In this document: positions 42,831 through 56,930 of the stretch, one piece after another
Layout: each line of letters begins with the position of its first letter
Numbering within the stretch: the stretch's first letter is position 1
NCBI RefSeq assembly: GCF_001194135.2
Contig: NC_068990.1
Span: 30,560,835-30,624,834, forward strand
Direction: 5' to 3'
Length of the DNA: 64,000 nucleotides
DNA from: Octopus bimaculoides
Taxonomy: Eukaryota
Notes under the pieces: generated by a model
What the model saw: the letters and a program-made list of their open reading frames with translations, nothing else
Told to the model about the DNA's origin: nothing
Databases searched by the model: none
Made by a program: the position numbers and the translations under genes

Positions 42831-45800
42831 CCACAATAATTATAGATGACCAGAAAACTAAGGACAAATCACTGTCGTTTGAGATGACTTGGAGAAAAAA
42901 AAAATTCATCTCAAGTATTTTTTTTATTCAATCATTCATGTTAAATACCATCCTTGTTATTGAATTGGACATTAAAACAGAGGTGTGTATAATGGTCTGT
43001 GTGTATAATGGTCTGTGTGTATGTGTGTGTGTGCACATGTGTGGTTTCTAAGCATTTGTTTTGTAATGAAGCTGTTTGGTTTACTTTAACATATGAGTTT
43101 ATATTAAAAAAGTAGAAAGTATAGGATGAGCAAGAGTAGAATATATACATACATATCATCTTCATCATTTAACGTCTGTTTTTCCATGCTGGCATGGGTT
43201 GGACAGGAGTTGGTAAGGCCAAGAACCACACCAGGCTCCATTTGTCTGTTTTGGTATGGTTTCTATGGCTGGATACCCTTCCTAACACCAACCACTTTAC
43301 ACAGTGTGCCAGGTGCTTTCTATGTGGCCCCTGCACCAGTGCCTTTTATGTGGCATCAGCACCGACTGGGTTACCAAGTAACTTTTAAGACATAGTCCCC
43401 CTCAGCTGGGAGGAGTGAGTAGTAGTGAGGGGGTAGTGGCTCTGTGCCAGTTGATAAGAGACTAAAGGGACAGAGATAGGTGTCCTGCTAGAGACACCTA
43501 CTTCAGTTGAAAAAGGAGGGCAAGTTAGAGTGTAACGAAAAGAGAGAGAACAATACTGTCATTTGAAGAATATAAAAAGCATTAAAAATATAAATATATG
43601 GAGTGGAGAATAAATGTAAAGAGAAGCAACAAATAGTTGTTTAGGGGTTAGATAGACTGGAGGGTCACTTTTGGGTTAGTTAAACCTACCCTCTTCCTGT
43701 CAATCTTTTTAGTGTTATTGTTAGTAATTTTGTATAATTGGAAACCAAAGTCCTCAAATGTCAAACATGAAAATTAGAAAACCTAACTCTCAGTCTGCCA
43801 TTCCATATAACCATGTGAACTAATGATGATTTAATGTCACAGATATGAAAGAATTATGGGAATAAGTTTTTTGAGAAAAATTCCTTGCCCAAACTAGAAA
43901 GTGATGACTAAAATACCAACTGTTGTTATATACAAGTTTTCATTGCATTGACCATCACCCAACAATAGAAATAGTTGACATTTTATACAAACAACTCAAG
44001 GCTTTCATCACTACTTCACCAATATTTTAGACAACATTATCAATATTTCCTTTTATGCTAGGTTCCATGTCAGTCTTTAATCTATTTCTCTACTCCAAGG
44101 TCTTCGACAGAAAATCCAACCTCAGCTCAAAGTGTTAACCCATCATTTTGTTATCTTCTTTATACATTTTTGAACAAATTTGATGTGATTGGCAATAGCT
44201 TGGAAAGATTAAAACTTATTAAGTAAATTCATTTGTGAAGATGAAGTCTTTAGTCGTGCTAAAACAAGTAAATAGCCGACAAGACAAGGTAGTTTTATAC
44301 AATCTTATAAGCTACAGTTCTCAAAAAGATTCTCTAATTATCTCTGACCTGAACTTTCCTATTCAGCTGCGTTACACACCCACACTCATAGGAAAAAGTA
44401 TCAGAAATGCAAGATGCATTTTATATCATTTGTTCCCTATGTACACTTTGCCATTGTGCTTATTTGCATTCATTGCAGTGGATGTTCCAACTACACACAA
44501 ACACACATCGCAGCTATAAGCATTCTGTCACTCATTTTTGTTACTCTGTAGATTAAAAGTTTAGGACCTGTCATATGATGGTGATCCCAAGTTTACACAA
44601 CGTATAACTTATCTACTTTTGATATTTAATTTATATTAACTTCTGCAGAATTTCTCTATTTTTGACTAAAGGTCACAATTGCTGATCGTACAAGGCTGGC
44701 CAAAATCTACAGAAACGTCTCTATTTTGTTCATTGTTGTTGTTGTTGTTTTTCACATTCTTCTAATTATAAACAATGGCTTTGACATATATTATGTCATC
44801 ATTATCAAATCAATTAGCTTCATTCTATAACAGAATCCATCAAGGTTTAATTATAATTAGAGCCCTAAAGGAGATATAAGTTATCTCCTAAAGGAGATAA
44901 AAGAAATGAGTCTGCCACCCTTCCCCCACTCGACCCAAACAAATAAGTGACCACAATGCCAGCAATGACTGCAGACCAATAGGAAACCATAGGTGAGCAT
45001 CAATGGTGTACTTCTTCTTTATATTAAGGAGACAAATAGAAAGAAGATGTTACTGTCTGGAGATTCATCTTCAGACCAATATCTTCTACCTTCTGTTTTT
45101 TGCTTGTTTCAGCATTTAGACTTTGGCCATGCTGGGGCACCATCTTGAAGAATTTTTGGTCAAATGAATAGACCCAAATACTTATTTTTTTAAACTGATA
45201 CTATTCTATCAATCTCTTTTGCCAAACCACTAAGTTCCAAGGATTAAACACATTGACACCAGTTGTCAAACAATGATGAGAAACAGACACAAAGACACAC
45301 ACACAAGCACATATATGATGGACTTCTTTCAGTTTCCATCAACCAAATCCACTCACAAGGCTTAGCTCAGCTCAAGGCTGTAGTAGAAGACATTTGTCCA
45401 AGGTGCCACACAGTGGGACTGAACCTAGAACCATGTGGTTAAGAAGTAAACCTCTTAGCACATAGGCATGCCTACAAAACCTCTTCAAAATCATTTTTTG
45501 TCGTACAAAATCAGTGCATGGGACTGGGTTTTGGGGAGATTGCTTCTTTTTTCTTCTTTTTTGTAAATTCTTCAAAAATACAAATTTGGTGAGCAGAAAA
45601 ATACAATTGGAGAAAAGAAGTGAGATTATATTAACTTTTGATTTTAAAAACTCGACACAGGTCTAATGATATTTGTGGAGGAGGAGGGGGGTAGAGAGGA
45701 CTGAATTACTCTCAGTGTATTACAGGTACTTATTTATCATCTGTGGAGGAATAAAAGGTCAAGTTGACCCAGGCAGGATTTCATCTGAGAACATAGGGAG

Positions 45801-46729
45801 ATGAAACAGAAGTAAAGGGGTTAAAATATCATTTATGCAAACTCAAATCACAAGAGATTTGGCCCTTTAGCATCCAAATTGTTCTGTTAAATGCATTATC
45901 TTGTAGCTTTGATAAGATTATTCATTTTACAATGACATTGTAGGGTAGGTGTGAGAGATCAGATCTGGTCACTTTAAAACATAAAACAGGGAGAATATTT
46001 AGGCATGATATGGCCGGTTTAAATGCTAAACAAGTGGACAATATTGAAATTATTAAAGGTATGAAGATGCAATTTGTTGTTGAGGCTCATCATTGATTTG
46101 TTCCAAGTTAAGGTGGACACATTCTTTCGTTAGTTTTGGCTGATGGTTGGCAGGATGTTTGAATTGTATCTACCATTAAAAATTCATCAGTTGTCATGGT
46201 GATTAAACTATGTTCAATCTGCACAAGCATATTGTCCAGACACACACACACACACACACATATGTATACAAGTATGGCAATAAGTAAAAGTAGAGAGGGA
46301 GGGGAAGAGGAGATAAAGAATGATGGAGGTGAAAAGAATTTTTCACACTGATAGATAAGGCAAAATCGAAACAAGAGAGAAAACAAGAAATTTGTCCAAA
46401 AATGTCACGGACTGAACTTCCATCAACAGAACACGGAATATGTTGGTGCACCTCACAATCAAAGTAAATAAAGGTAAATGAAGAGGACAAATAACTAAGA
46501 GTGAAAATATATTTTTAACACTGAGAATCAATAAAAGTCTTTTTTGTTTTTGTTGAGATAAATGCTCTCGTAAGAAGGAGAATCAATGATTGTTTTTGGA
46601 GAAGTAAAAACTAAGAACATACGTCACTCAGTTAATTCTGAGATCTGATAAACACAGACACAATAGTTGACCAGTTTATTCATATAATGAAACACTATAA
46701 AAGATAAATACTTGTTGGTACCAGCTATC

Positions 46730-47052
46730 ATGATACTGTTATCACTGTTCACAATGTTGGCAGTTGGAATGAGATTTTTTTCAACAGGTGAGAGAACTTC
46801 CACAGCTATAGAACTGAGAATACAAACTATCATCAGGTGTTTAATTAAGAACATTAACTAGATGAAGAAGAAAGATCACCTCAAGATGTAGAGCAAAGAT
46901 CAGCACAGGATGTATAATAGGGAACACTGGTAGATGTAGAAGGGAGAGATCAGAGATCACTGACAGATGTAGAAGAGAGAACATCACCAGACATAGAACA
47001 GAGATCACTGCCAGATGTAGATCAATATAGCATGAAACGTGTGTATAGATAG

Positions 47053-47083
<31 letters not shown>

Positions 47084-47503
47084 ATTAGATACAGATATAA
47101 ATATATTCAGAGATGAGTTGACTCCAAGACATCTCTCAGAAAAAAAATCATTAATATTAGATTTAGCCTGGATCAGCTCATCAGAAATGAATATGGTTAT
47201 CCCCCTAACCCCACCCCAGTAATGTTCAAGAAATAAATCAGACAGCCTCAAACAACACTACACACATATATTCCTCTTGAGATGGTTCTATATGTTAGCA
47301 GTGATACCAAACACTAACCAACATTAGATCATTCAGCTTAAATTAATTAGTTTTTAAAGACCCACAGATCTTGGTCAACAACAGCATCATCTGTTGAGAT
47401 TGATCTTTATATCCTGCCTTCTCAATCAGATGAAAAGGGTCACAAGAGATCAAACACTCTGTCGCAAATGTTCAAAGCCAAATATGAAGGAAAGTTTGAC
47501 TAA
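46730..47503 (+). pseudogene. Candidate three-exon secreted prepropeptide relic (hydrophobic leader, acidic 8-aa repeats with two in-frame stops, short basic-site-containing tail)
   Basis: Exon 46730-46787 MILLSLFTMLAVGMRFFST|gtgaga; a 74-nt GT-AG intron; 24-nt repeats DVEQRSxx with TAA TAG at 46915-46920; possible third exon 47368-47503. No recognised homolog. Confidence 0.3.
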
Positions 47504-49878
47504 AATTATTTCACTGTTGGAAACATGGATTGGTTTATCTGAAGATAAACTTGAGATCTGTGCCAGAAACCCCAAGCCAGCTGCACTAACACTAAGCATC
47601 TATATTTGTTACAAGTCATAAAATTAACTGGTAAATTTTCCAATATACAGGGAGCAATGGGGGTACTTTAAGCAGGATTTAAAAGTAAAAAAGTGAAACA
47701 CCCTGAGTCCAAGACATAGAGTTTGGATTGTGGACGGAAGATTCAGTTATTGTGATGACTACAAAAAAACTACTAGTTTTTGGCAAGGGTTTCTGAAAAA
47801 GAACACTTAAGAATCAGCGCTAAGTGGTTTGATGGCAAGATAGGAAACACTGGCACAAAGAAGGGTGAGAGAACAGGGGTCTTTCACTTCTGTTGAGTGA
47901 AGCAAAGACTAAGAATTATAACACCTGGCCTAAAGATTCAGGCCCACAGGTTGCGGTATTTGGTGAAGAATGGTCAGAACATGAGGTCTTATTGTTCTAG
48001 GTTGGGAGGTGGCTTACATGAAAAGAAAATATTCATTAATTAGAAATAAGATCAATATTTGTAAGGAAAAAGAACAGTTGAATAAATCAACCTCAGCATA
48101 TTAGTGATAAGATTAGAACGAAGAGTGGTTATTGAAATAGGGAGCAGTTGTATTGGCAATTAAAGTGAGATGAATCTAAAATACCATTTAGTTTCATGCT
48201 CTGCTAATTCAGTTATTTCCATCATTCCCACAAGGTGGCACGTGAAAAAACATTCGAGCGAGGTCGTTGCCAGTGCCACTGGACTGGCTCCTGTGCAGGT
48301 GGCACGTAAAGAAACACCATTTCGAGCGTGGCCATTGCCAGTACCACCTGACTGGCCCCCGTGCCGGTGGCACGTAAAAGCACCCACTACACTCTCGGAG
48401 AGGTTGACGTTAGGAAGGACATCCAGCTGTAGAAACTCTGCCAGATCAGATTGGAGCCTGGTGCAGCCACCTGGTCCACCAGTCCTCAGTCAAATTGTCC
48501 AACCCATGCTAGCATGGAAAGCGAACATTAAACGATGATGATGATGAAACAACTAACATGCTATGAGAGATTTTAAATGAAACTATAGTGAGTTTATAAT
48601 CTTTTCTAGTTAAAGCGCTGAACAAATTACAATTGCTCCAAAGTTTGGTACAAGGCCAGCAATTTCAAGGGAGGGGGTTAGTCAATTACATTGACCCCAG
48701 TATTTAACAGGTACTTATTCTATCAACCTCGAAAGGATGATAGGCAAAGTCAACCATGGCAGAATTTGAACTTAGAATGTAAAGATGGACAAAATGCCAC
48801 CAAACATTGAGCTCGGTGTGTTAACAATTCTGCCATCACACCATTTTGATAATAAATGTCATAATAATGATAATTAATATTTCATAGAAAACTCAATTAA
48901 GCTACTTACAGAAGCAAATTCATTTCAAAATATTCATTAATTAAAGAACAAAGAAAAAAGAATAAGAAAATAGAAAAAAAATGCTTGGAAAAATGCAAAG
49001 ATTCTAATTCTCAGCCACGAGAAAATATCACCAAATATTGTCCCTTTTAAAATGCATTTTATATTTTGAGAAATTCAAGTTCACATAATCACTACTCTCA
49101 AGTTATTGCTTTTGAGGCAGTCTTTAGCTGAACCCGTGTGTGTGTGCACACGCGCGTGCATATAAATTCGCTGGAGCTATAGTGGTGTGTGAAATGATTT
49201 TCTAAATAAAAAGTGACTTACAAACCAAATATTGCTGGCTTTCGATGAATGGAAAAGTTGTTCGTTTTACTCTAAATCTCTTCAAATTCTTCATATTTAA
49301 AAAATTTTAGTGAATCATTTGTTAGAAATAAAAGTCAAGAACAGTTCCATGATAAACTGTGACACAAAATATAATCCACAAACAAGAACATCTTGCTCCA
49401 AGTCAACACTGGTGGAGCAGACATATAATCGAAAGTATTCCAGATGTGACCATCCTGTTTCGTTTTCTGTTAGAGATAAGATTTGTAGGATTACCGTGTC
49501 TAAGTGTTGTTCTCTTTGAAGACAGAACATTGTGCTGCGAGGGATATTTGCCTCCTTTTTCTTGTAGAGTGAAGAATTACATTGGGTTTTTCGTTGGTTC
49601 CTTGAAATACTTTTTTCAAGAATGGATATGTGTGTACATACATATACATATATATATATATATGAAATGTACAAGAGAAAATAAGTTATGAGAAGCAAAT
49701 CAATGGCAATACATAGATATGATGCCTGAGATATATCCAAGAGAGGAAACTGAGTTGGTGAGATAGTAATACCTTTCCCAATGGTGTAAGGTCTGTAAGC
49801 AAAAGAACTCTAAATGGGAAATTGCAACTGGATCACAGGCTCAGTTTGCAAGGAGCTTATATGCTCATTGCATTTAAG

Positions 49879-49934
<56 letters not shown>

Positions 49935-51712
49935 CAACAACAATGATGATTTCTGATTGAAGTACAAGGCCAGTAAATTGAAGTGGGGAGGGGTATAGTT
50001 GTTGCCATTAACACTAGTATTTGACTGGCCCTTTATTTTATCAACCTCAATATAATGAAAGGAAAAGTTGACCCTGGCTGGATTTGAACTGAGTGTATAA
50101 AGAACTGGAGCGACTTGTACCACCTTTAATAATGGGTTCTGATTTAGGGAGGGCTGCTGTTAGTTGATTGCAATGACCTCAGTGTTTGAAGAGAACTTCT
50201 TATATTGACTACAGAAGAAATATCACAAGGAATCTTTTCCAATACAGTAACGATTCTGCTGAGAACAATAATCGATAATAATAATAATAATAATAATAAT
50301 AATTTCAAATTTTGGTACAAAGCCAGCAATTTTGAGGAAAGATTAAGTCAATTTCAATGCCCCCCCCCCCCTGCTCAACCGGTCCTTAGTTTACCAACCC
50401 TGAAAGGATGAAAGGCAAAGTCAACCTTGGCAGCATGTTGATGATGATAATAATAATAATAACTGCTAAGTTTGGTACAAGGTCACAAACTATAGAAGAA
50501 GAGTACAGTTGTTGTTTAGCCCCAGGTCAGTCTGGTTTGAGCAGACCTATAATCAAAAGCATTCCAGCCATGATCATCCCATCTTGTTTGCTGATACAGC
50601 ATATCTAAGACTACATTATCCAATGTGTCATTTGAGCAAAATTTGGCTGTCATTTCTAACAGGTCAAGCGACCACAGCGCAATCAATCTGAACAATAGGC
50701 CAAACACATGACCCAGTCTAACACTACTGCCTGATCCTTGGATGCCTTCAACAGACTTCACCCTGTTGTAAGCATCCAAACCAAATCTCCAGATCCTTTC
50801 CTGCCCACAGGATTTTTGCTTTGTTTTTCTGTAGATCTTCAGGCTGGGCATCTGTCATAGCGCTAGCACTTGTCTGGGAGGGCCTGCAAAGGTCATGGGT
50901 ACTACTACTCCTCCTTCTCCTCTGATTAACTTATAAGCTCACCCCTTCCACTCACCTTTTCACTGCTACTTATTTCATCAACCCCAGAAAGATCAAAGTC
51001 AACCACAACAGGATTTGAACTCAGATTGCAAAATACCCTTATAGACAAGTTCCTGTAACAACCTACATTATCACTACTTAACTCTTATCTCTTTATATTT
51101 TACTTATTTAGTTGAATGGATGGACCCCAGGACTTATTTTATATTTTTTTTTTAAGTCTGGCACTTAATTCTATTGGTCTCTTTTTGCCGAACCGCTACA
51201 CCAATTGTCAAATGGTGGTAGGGGACAAACACAGAACAAAGACACACACACACACACATATAAACGATAAGGTTCTTACAGTTTCTATCTACCAAATCCA
51301 CTCACAAGGCTTTGGTAAGCCTGAGGCCATAGAAGACACTTGCCCAAGGTGACATGCAGTGGGACAGAACCTGCAACTATGTGGTTAGGAAGCAAGCTTC
51401 TTACTACTGTGTGTTTCTATTAATTTCCCAAATATTTTAGTTCATTTAGAGGGATTTAATAAAAGAAATAACCTATTCCATTATTCACCTGATGTTAGGA
51501 ACACAGCTTAAAATAATGTTCGGCAAATAAGATGGAAGGTCATTTAGAACCGGCTGTTTTGTATGGAAAAGTGTGAAGCAGTCTCAGGTGGGTTCATATC
51601 AAAAGGATCAAACTTTGGAGATTTGAGGAGGATCAGTTCTCATAAACACGATTAACATAGAAAACATTTGAAACACACATGTTTACAGAAAAGCATAGGC
51701 ATACATAGTGGT

Positions 51713-51767
<55 letters not shown>

Positions 51768-52729
51768 CATACATAAACATATGGACTTTCACACACAAAT
51801 ATATTTATATACAAAAATTGTATTTCTTTCTCTCTTTGCACAGATATAAACACATTTCCAATGCACGTGATATGTTATGCTTTAAAGCAATTTGCAATAT
51901 ATATATACATGTGTGTGTGGTATCTACATAGTTAACCATAGTTACAAGCTGAAATGAAAGAAAAAGAAATGTAAAAAAAAAAGAGAAAAAATGAAATTTA
52001 AAAAAACAATGACAATTAAAATAAAATGCAAATCCATCACCACTATCTCTGAATCTATCACTCGTCTCACATTTGCTGGGAGGGAGCACACCAAGGGAAA
52101 AGAAAGGCTGAGTAGGAGAAGAGGTAAAAAAAAAAAACTAAAGGGGAAAAAAAAACTGTTATTGAAACCAATTGGACCTCTCTCTTGTTGAAGGTAAGAA
52201 AGGCTGAAGCTAAGGTAGCAGCCATACAAAGATGAAGAGGAATGGAATAAGGGGAGGGGGGGCTAAGGACACAGAGTCACCAGGAAAGGTTAAAAGGGTT
52301 GAAGACATGTTACTGTATGATTGTGTGAACATGAGATGAACATCAATCTTCCCTTTTGACTGAACACAAGAATCCAGAGAAGAGCTAAAAAAAAATGGAT
52401 CATTCAGTCAACAGCCTGACTGGGGACACACAGGGCTAAAGACATCCTTTTGTTTTGAGATGACTGACAGGTGCGGTGATGCTAAAGACTTGCAGCTCTT
52501 TCTAATGGGCTTCATTAGCTATAAGGATAAGAAAAGGCTAGAAAAAGGCCTTCTAGAGATATCTAGAGCTATTTAACAAACTGACTCACTCGATCAATTT
52601 CACAAAAATTAAAGATGAAGAAAAAAAAATATCAAGTAAAATATGAGTTAATTAATGTATCAGTTAGTGATCATTTGAATAATTAAAATGATTGATACTA
52701 ATTGGTAACATAGGCACAAAGCCACATAT

Positions 52730-53057
52730 TCAGGAGTCAAATTGACCAACCTCAGTACTTGACAGAGGAACAAAGGGCAAAATTAACCTGAGGAGGATTT
52801 GGACCCAGGAAGTAAAGAGCCACAATAAAAACTGCAAGATATTTTGTCCAACACCTTGAAAATTTTGCCAATCCACCATCCTTAATTTTTTTACATAGGC
52901 ACAGAGGGGGAGAGGGTATGATATTTTATTGAACACAGAAGGATGAAAGGTGAAGCTGACCAAAGTAGCATTTGAATTCACAATGTAAAGAGCTGCAAGC
53001 AAGTAAATAGCACAAAGCATTTTGTCAGACACCAACAATTCAGATGCTCCACTGCCC

Positions 53058-53100
<43 letters not shown>

Positions 53101-54015
53101 GTAGTAGTAGGAGGAGGAGGGGGGAGGGGGAGGAACAGCAGCAGCAGCAATAGTGATAGCATTAAAAGAGGATGCGATGTTAGTGCGAAGGAAGGCAAAA
53201 GCGCTGATGAGCAGCCGTAAAGTAAAAGATAGGAAATATATTAGGAAATAAATACTGATAATAATAATGATCATGGCAATGCTTATCATGATGATAATGA
53301 TGATGATAATAATAATAATAATAATAATAATAATCAACATCAAGATATTTTATACTGTGCAACGTCTTAAATAACAATCATAATAATCTCTGCACTATTG
53401 GTACTAGGCCTGAAATTTTGAGGAGGGAGTCTAGTCGATTACATCAACCTCAGTACGCAACTGGTACTTATTTTATCGATCTTGAAAGGACTGCAGTAAA
53501 ATTTGAACTTCAAACATAAAGACAGATGAAATGCTGCTAAGCATTTTGCCCTGCATGCCAACGATTCTGCCCACTTTCTGCCTTTCCTGAAAACAATAAT
53601 GATGACGATGATGATGATGACTTCTAACACAGACACAAGGTCACTAATTTGGGGGGGAGGGAACACTAAATTATATCAAAGCTAGTAATTGGATGGTGCT
53701 TATTTCACTGACCTAAAAGAATGGAAAACAAAGTCAACTCGAGCAGGGACTGAACTTGAAAACATAAAGGAATACAACCCAATATCTCACTGGATCGAGT
53801 CTGCAACCCATTCCCAAAGCCAGCAAGTTCGGAGGGAGAGGGCAAATCAATTACATTGATCCCCAGTGTTTCACTGGTACTTATTTTATTGACCCCCAAA
53901 AGGATGAAAGGCAAAGTCGACCATGGCAGCATTTGAACTCAGAACATGAAGACACACAAAATACTGTTAAGCATTTCGCCCAGCGTGCTAACGATTCTGC
54001 CAGTTTGCCACCTTA

Positions 54016-54059
<44 letters not shown>

Positions 54060-55848
54060 TGATAATCCTTTCTACTATAGGCACAAGGCCTGAAATTTGG
54101 TGGAAGAGAGATGTGTTGATTACATTGACCCTCAGTGTTTCACTGGTACTTATTTTATCAACCTCAAAAGGATGAAAGGTAAAGTTGAACTCGGTCGAAT
54201 TTGAACTCAGAATGTTAGGACAGACGAAATGCACATCATGTAAACAATTCAGCTAACTCACTGCCTTAATGATGATGATGATTATTTCTCACATAACTGA
54301 AAGTTAAAAAGATGAAAAGCAAAGCTAGCAACATTGCAATTTGAACTTAAAACATAAAGTGATGCTAAATACAGTGAGGTAAGCACTGACAAGCACACAA
54401 CCATTCCTGTTGGTATAACTACATACAATGTGGAATTTTGCCCTTCAAATTTTCATAACAATAAAGGTGTGTTTTTTTTCTTTTTGATTGGCCTCAAGGC
54501 CCTGAATTTTAGCAGATGGCAAACTAGGATTTTTGTAACATTCATGAAGACATTAGGAGCATAAATAAAATGAAACAGCTTATAGCCAGGAATCAAAAGT
54601 TGGATTGTCAACTTGACAATATTTGCTATAATAAAAATAATTTCTTAGTGAGACACAAAACCAGGAATTTTGGGAGGTGGGTGGGGAGAGTAGTTAATTC
54701 TATCAAACCCCCAACCATGACCGATGCGTGACTGCTACATATTTCATTGACATTGGGGAGGATGAAAGCAAAACTAATCGCAGCAGGATTTGATACCTGA
54801 ACATAAAGAGCCACAACACACAAAAAAGCATTCTTACCCAGTTCTCTAATAATTCTGCCAATCCTAGAAGATAAGGATCTCTTATATTGAACAGTGTCAC
54901 AAATATGTGAAGGGGTGAATTACACACCAGTGTATGCCTGGTACTTATTTTCTTGACCCTAAAGAAAAGTCAACCCTGGCAGAAACTGAACTCAGAACAA
55001 AGACATAACATGCCAAATACCATAAAGATTTAGCCTGACAAACAACTCTCTCAGCCATTTCCGCTACACTTTCTTAATAATAATAATCCTTTCTACTGAA
55101 GGCACAAGGCCTCAGATTGGTGGGGAGGGGACTAGTCGATTACATTGACCCCAGTGTTTCACTGGTAATTAATTTATTGTCCCCAAAAGGATGAAAAGCA
55201 AAGTCAACCTTGGCGGAATTTGAACTCAGAATGTTATGGCAGATGAAATACTGCTAAGCATTTCGCCCAGCGTGCTAACGACTCTGCCAGCTCACCGCCT
55301 TAAAAATAATAATAATAATAATAATAATGAAGTGATATGAGAGGTATAAAGAAAATAGCAAAGTATCAGACCCTAGCCAGAGACTATGGAAAGTGGGGGT
55401 AAAATGTATCCCAGTAGTTATAGGTGCATTAGTAAATATTCCTAACGATTTCAACAGACGGATAGAGAAATAGGCATCACACCTACTTTAGTGCAACTCC
55501 AGAAAACAGTGTTATTAGGGACAACTAGGAAGGTTCTTGGCATCCAAGGTTACTTGTAGTCCAGTGTTAGGTATTTTTTCCAACAGTTTAATCTGTCGTG
55601 TGTAAATGAAATAATAATAATAATAAATTTCTAACTTAAGCAGAAGATCACAAATTCCAATTTGGAGTGGTGCATGGGAGTTGATTAAATTGACTCTAGT
55701 ACTTGACTAAGACTTAATTTATCAAACCCTGAGAGATGAACTGCAAAGTCAACCCCTTACAAGATTTGAATTCAAAAGAAGGGACTTAACTAGATAACTG
55801 CCAGGAGTATTGTTTGTTGTCCTACTGTTTCTGCCAATCAATACCCTC

Positions 55849-55908
<60 letters not shown>

Positions 55909-56653
55909 TGTTTCTGATTTAGGCACAAGCCAGCAGTTTTGAAGGGAGGGAGACTAGTCAGTTATATCAAACCCAATCGATATAATCAGCTGGTACTTTA
56001 TTTCATCGACCTTGGAGGAAAGAAAGGCAAAGTTGACTCCAGTGGGATTTGAACTCAGAGCATAGAGAATCGGAAAAAAATACATTTTATCCAACACTCT
56101 AACAATTCTACCAGCTTGCCACCTTTGCCTAAAATAATAATAATAATAATAATAATAATGATTGTTATTATTATTAGTAGTAGTATTATAATCAGATTCC
56201 ATATTTCTATCTGGATTCGGTACAGCATCTCTTTGTAAAGACATCAACAAGTTGTTGTTGTTGTTGTTGTTAAGTGGAGACACAGTAGTCCCATCATAAT
56301 AGCAATGTTTAAATGTTGCCAAACCATTCTTATAGGACATCCGAATGAACAAGGTTGGTTTTCTTGACAACGTGCATCTCAATATTCATGATAGAAACAA
56401 GGAAAATACTGATGTTAACTGTTCAAATCAGAAACAAAACAAATAATATTGATAATAATAATTTCTAATAAAGGCACAAGGCCAGCAACTTCATAAGTAC
56501 CAGTATTTAACTGGTACTTATTTTATCAACCCCGAAAGAATGAAAAGCAAAGTCAACCTTGGTGGAATTTGAACTCCAAACATCATCAAGATGGATGAAA
56601 TCCCACTAAGCATTTTGCCCAGCATTTCAACAATTCTGCCAGCCTGCCGCCTT

Positions 56654-56719
<66 letters not shown>

Positions 56720-56930
56720 CCTTTCTACTATAGACACAAGACTTGAAATTTTGTGGGAAGGGGGCTAGTCGATTACATCAACCCCAGTGCATAACTGGTA
56801 CTTATTGATCCTGAGAGGATGAAAGGCAAAGTCAACCTTGGCGGAATTTGAACCCAGAACGTAAAAATAGACAAAATTCCGTGAAACATTTTGCCCAGCA
56901 TGCTAACGATTCTGCCAGTTTGCCGCCTCA
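52730..56930 (-). mobile_element. Array of about 13 same-orientation (ATT)n-tailed SINEs separated by (AAT)n
   Basis: Repeated aggcacaaggcc...aaggatgaaaggcaaagtc...atttgaactcagaac...ctgccag...ccttaataataat units. Confidence 0.88.
55330..55610 (+). mobile_element. Decayed 3' fragment of a third R4/Dong-like retrotransposon
   Basis: RLWKVGVKCIPVVIGALVNIP...GITPTLVQLQKTVLLGTTRKVLGIQGYL* (frameshifted), with (AAT)n on both sides. Confidence 0.75.

Noticed and set aside
43900-44200. Possible CR1 reverse-transcriptase relic (LFLYSKVFDRK), and similar LINE-like stretches at 23300-23720 and 47650-48050
   Set aside because: Too decayed to assign by eye
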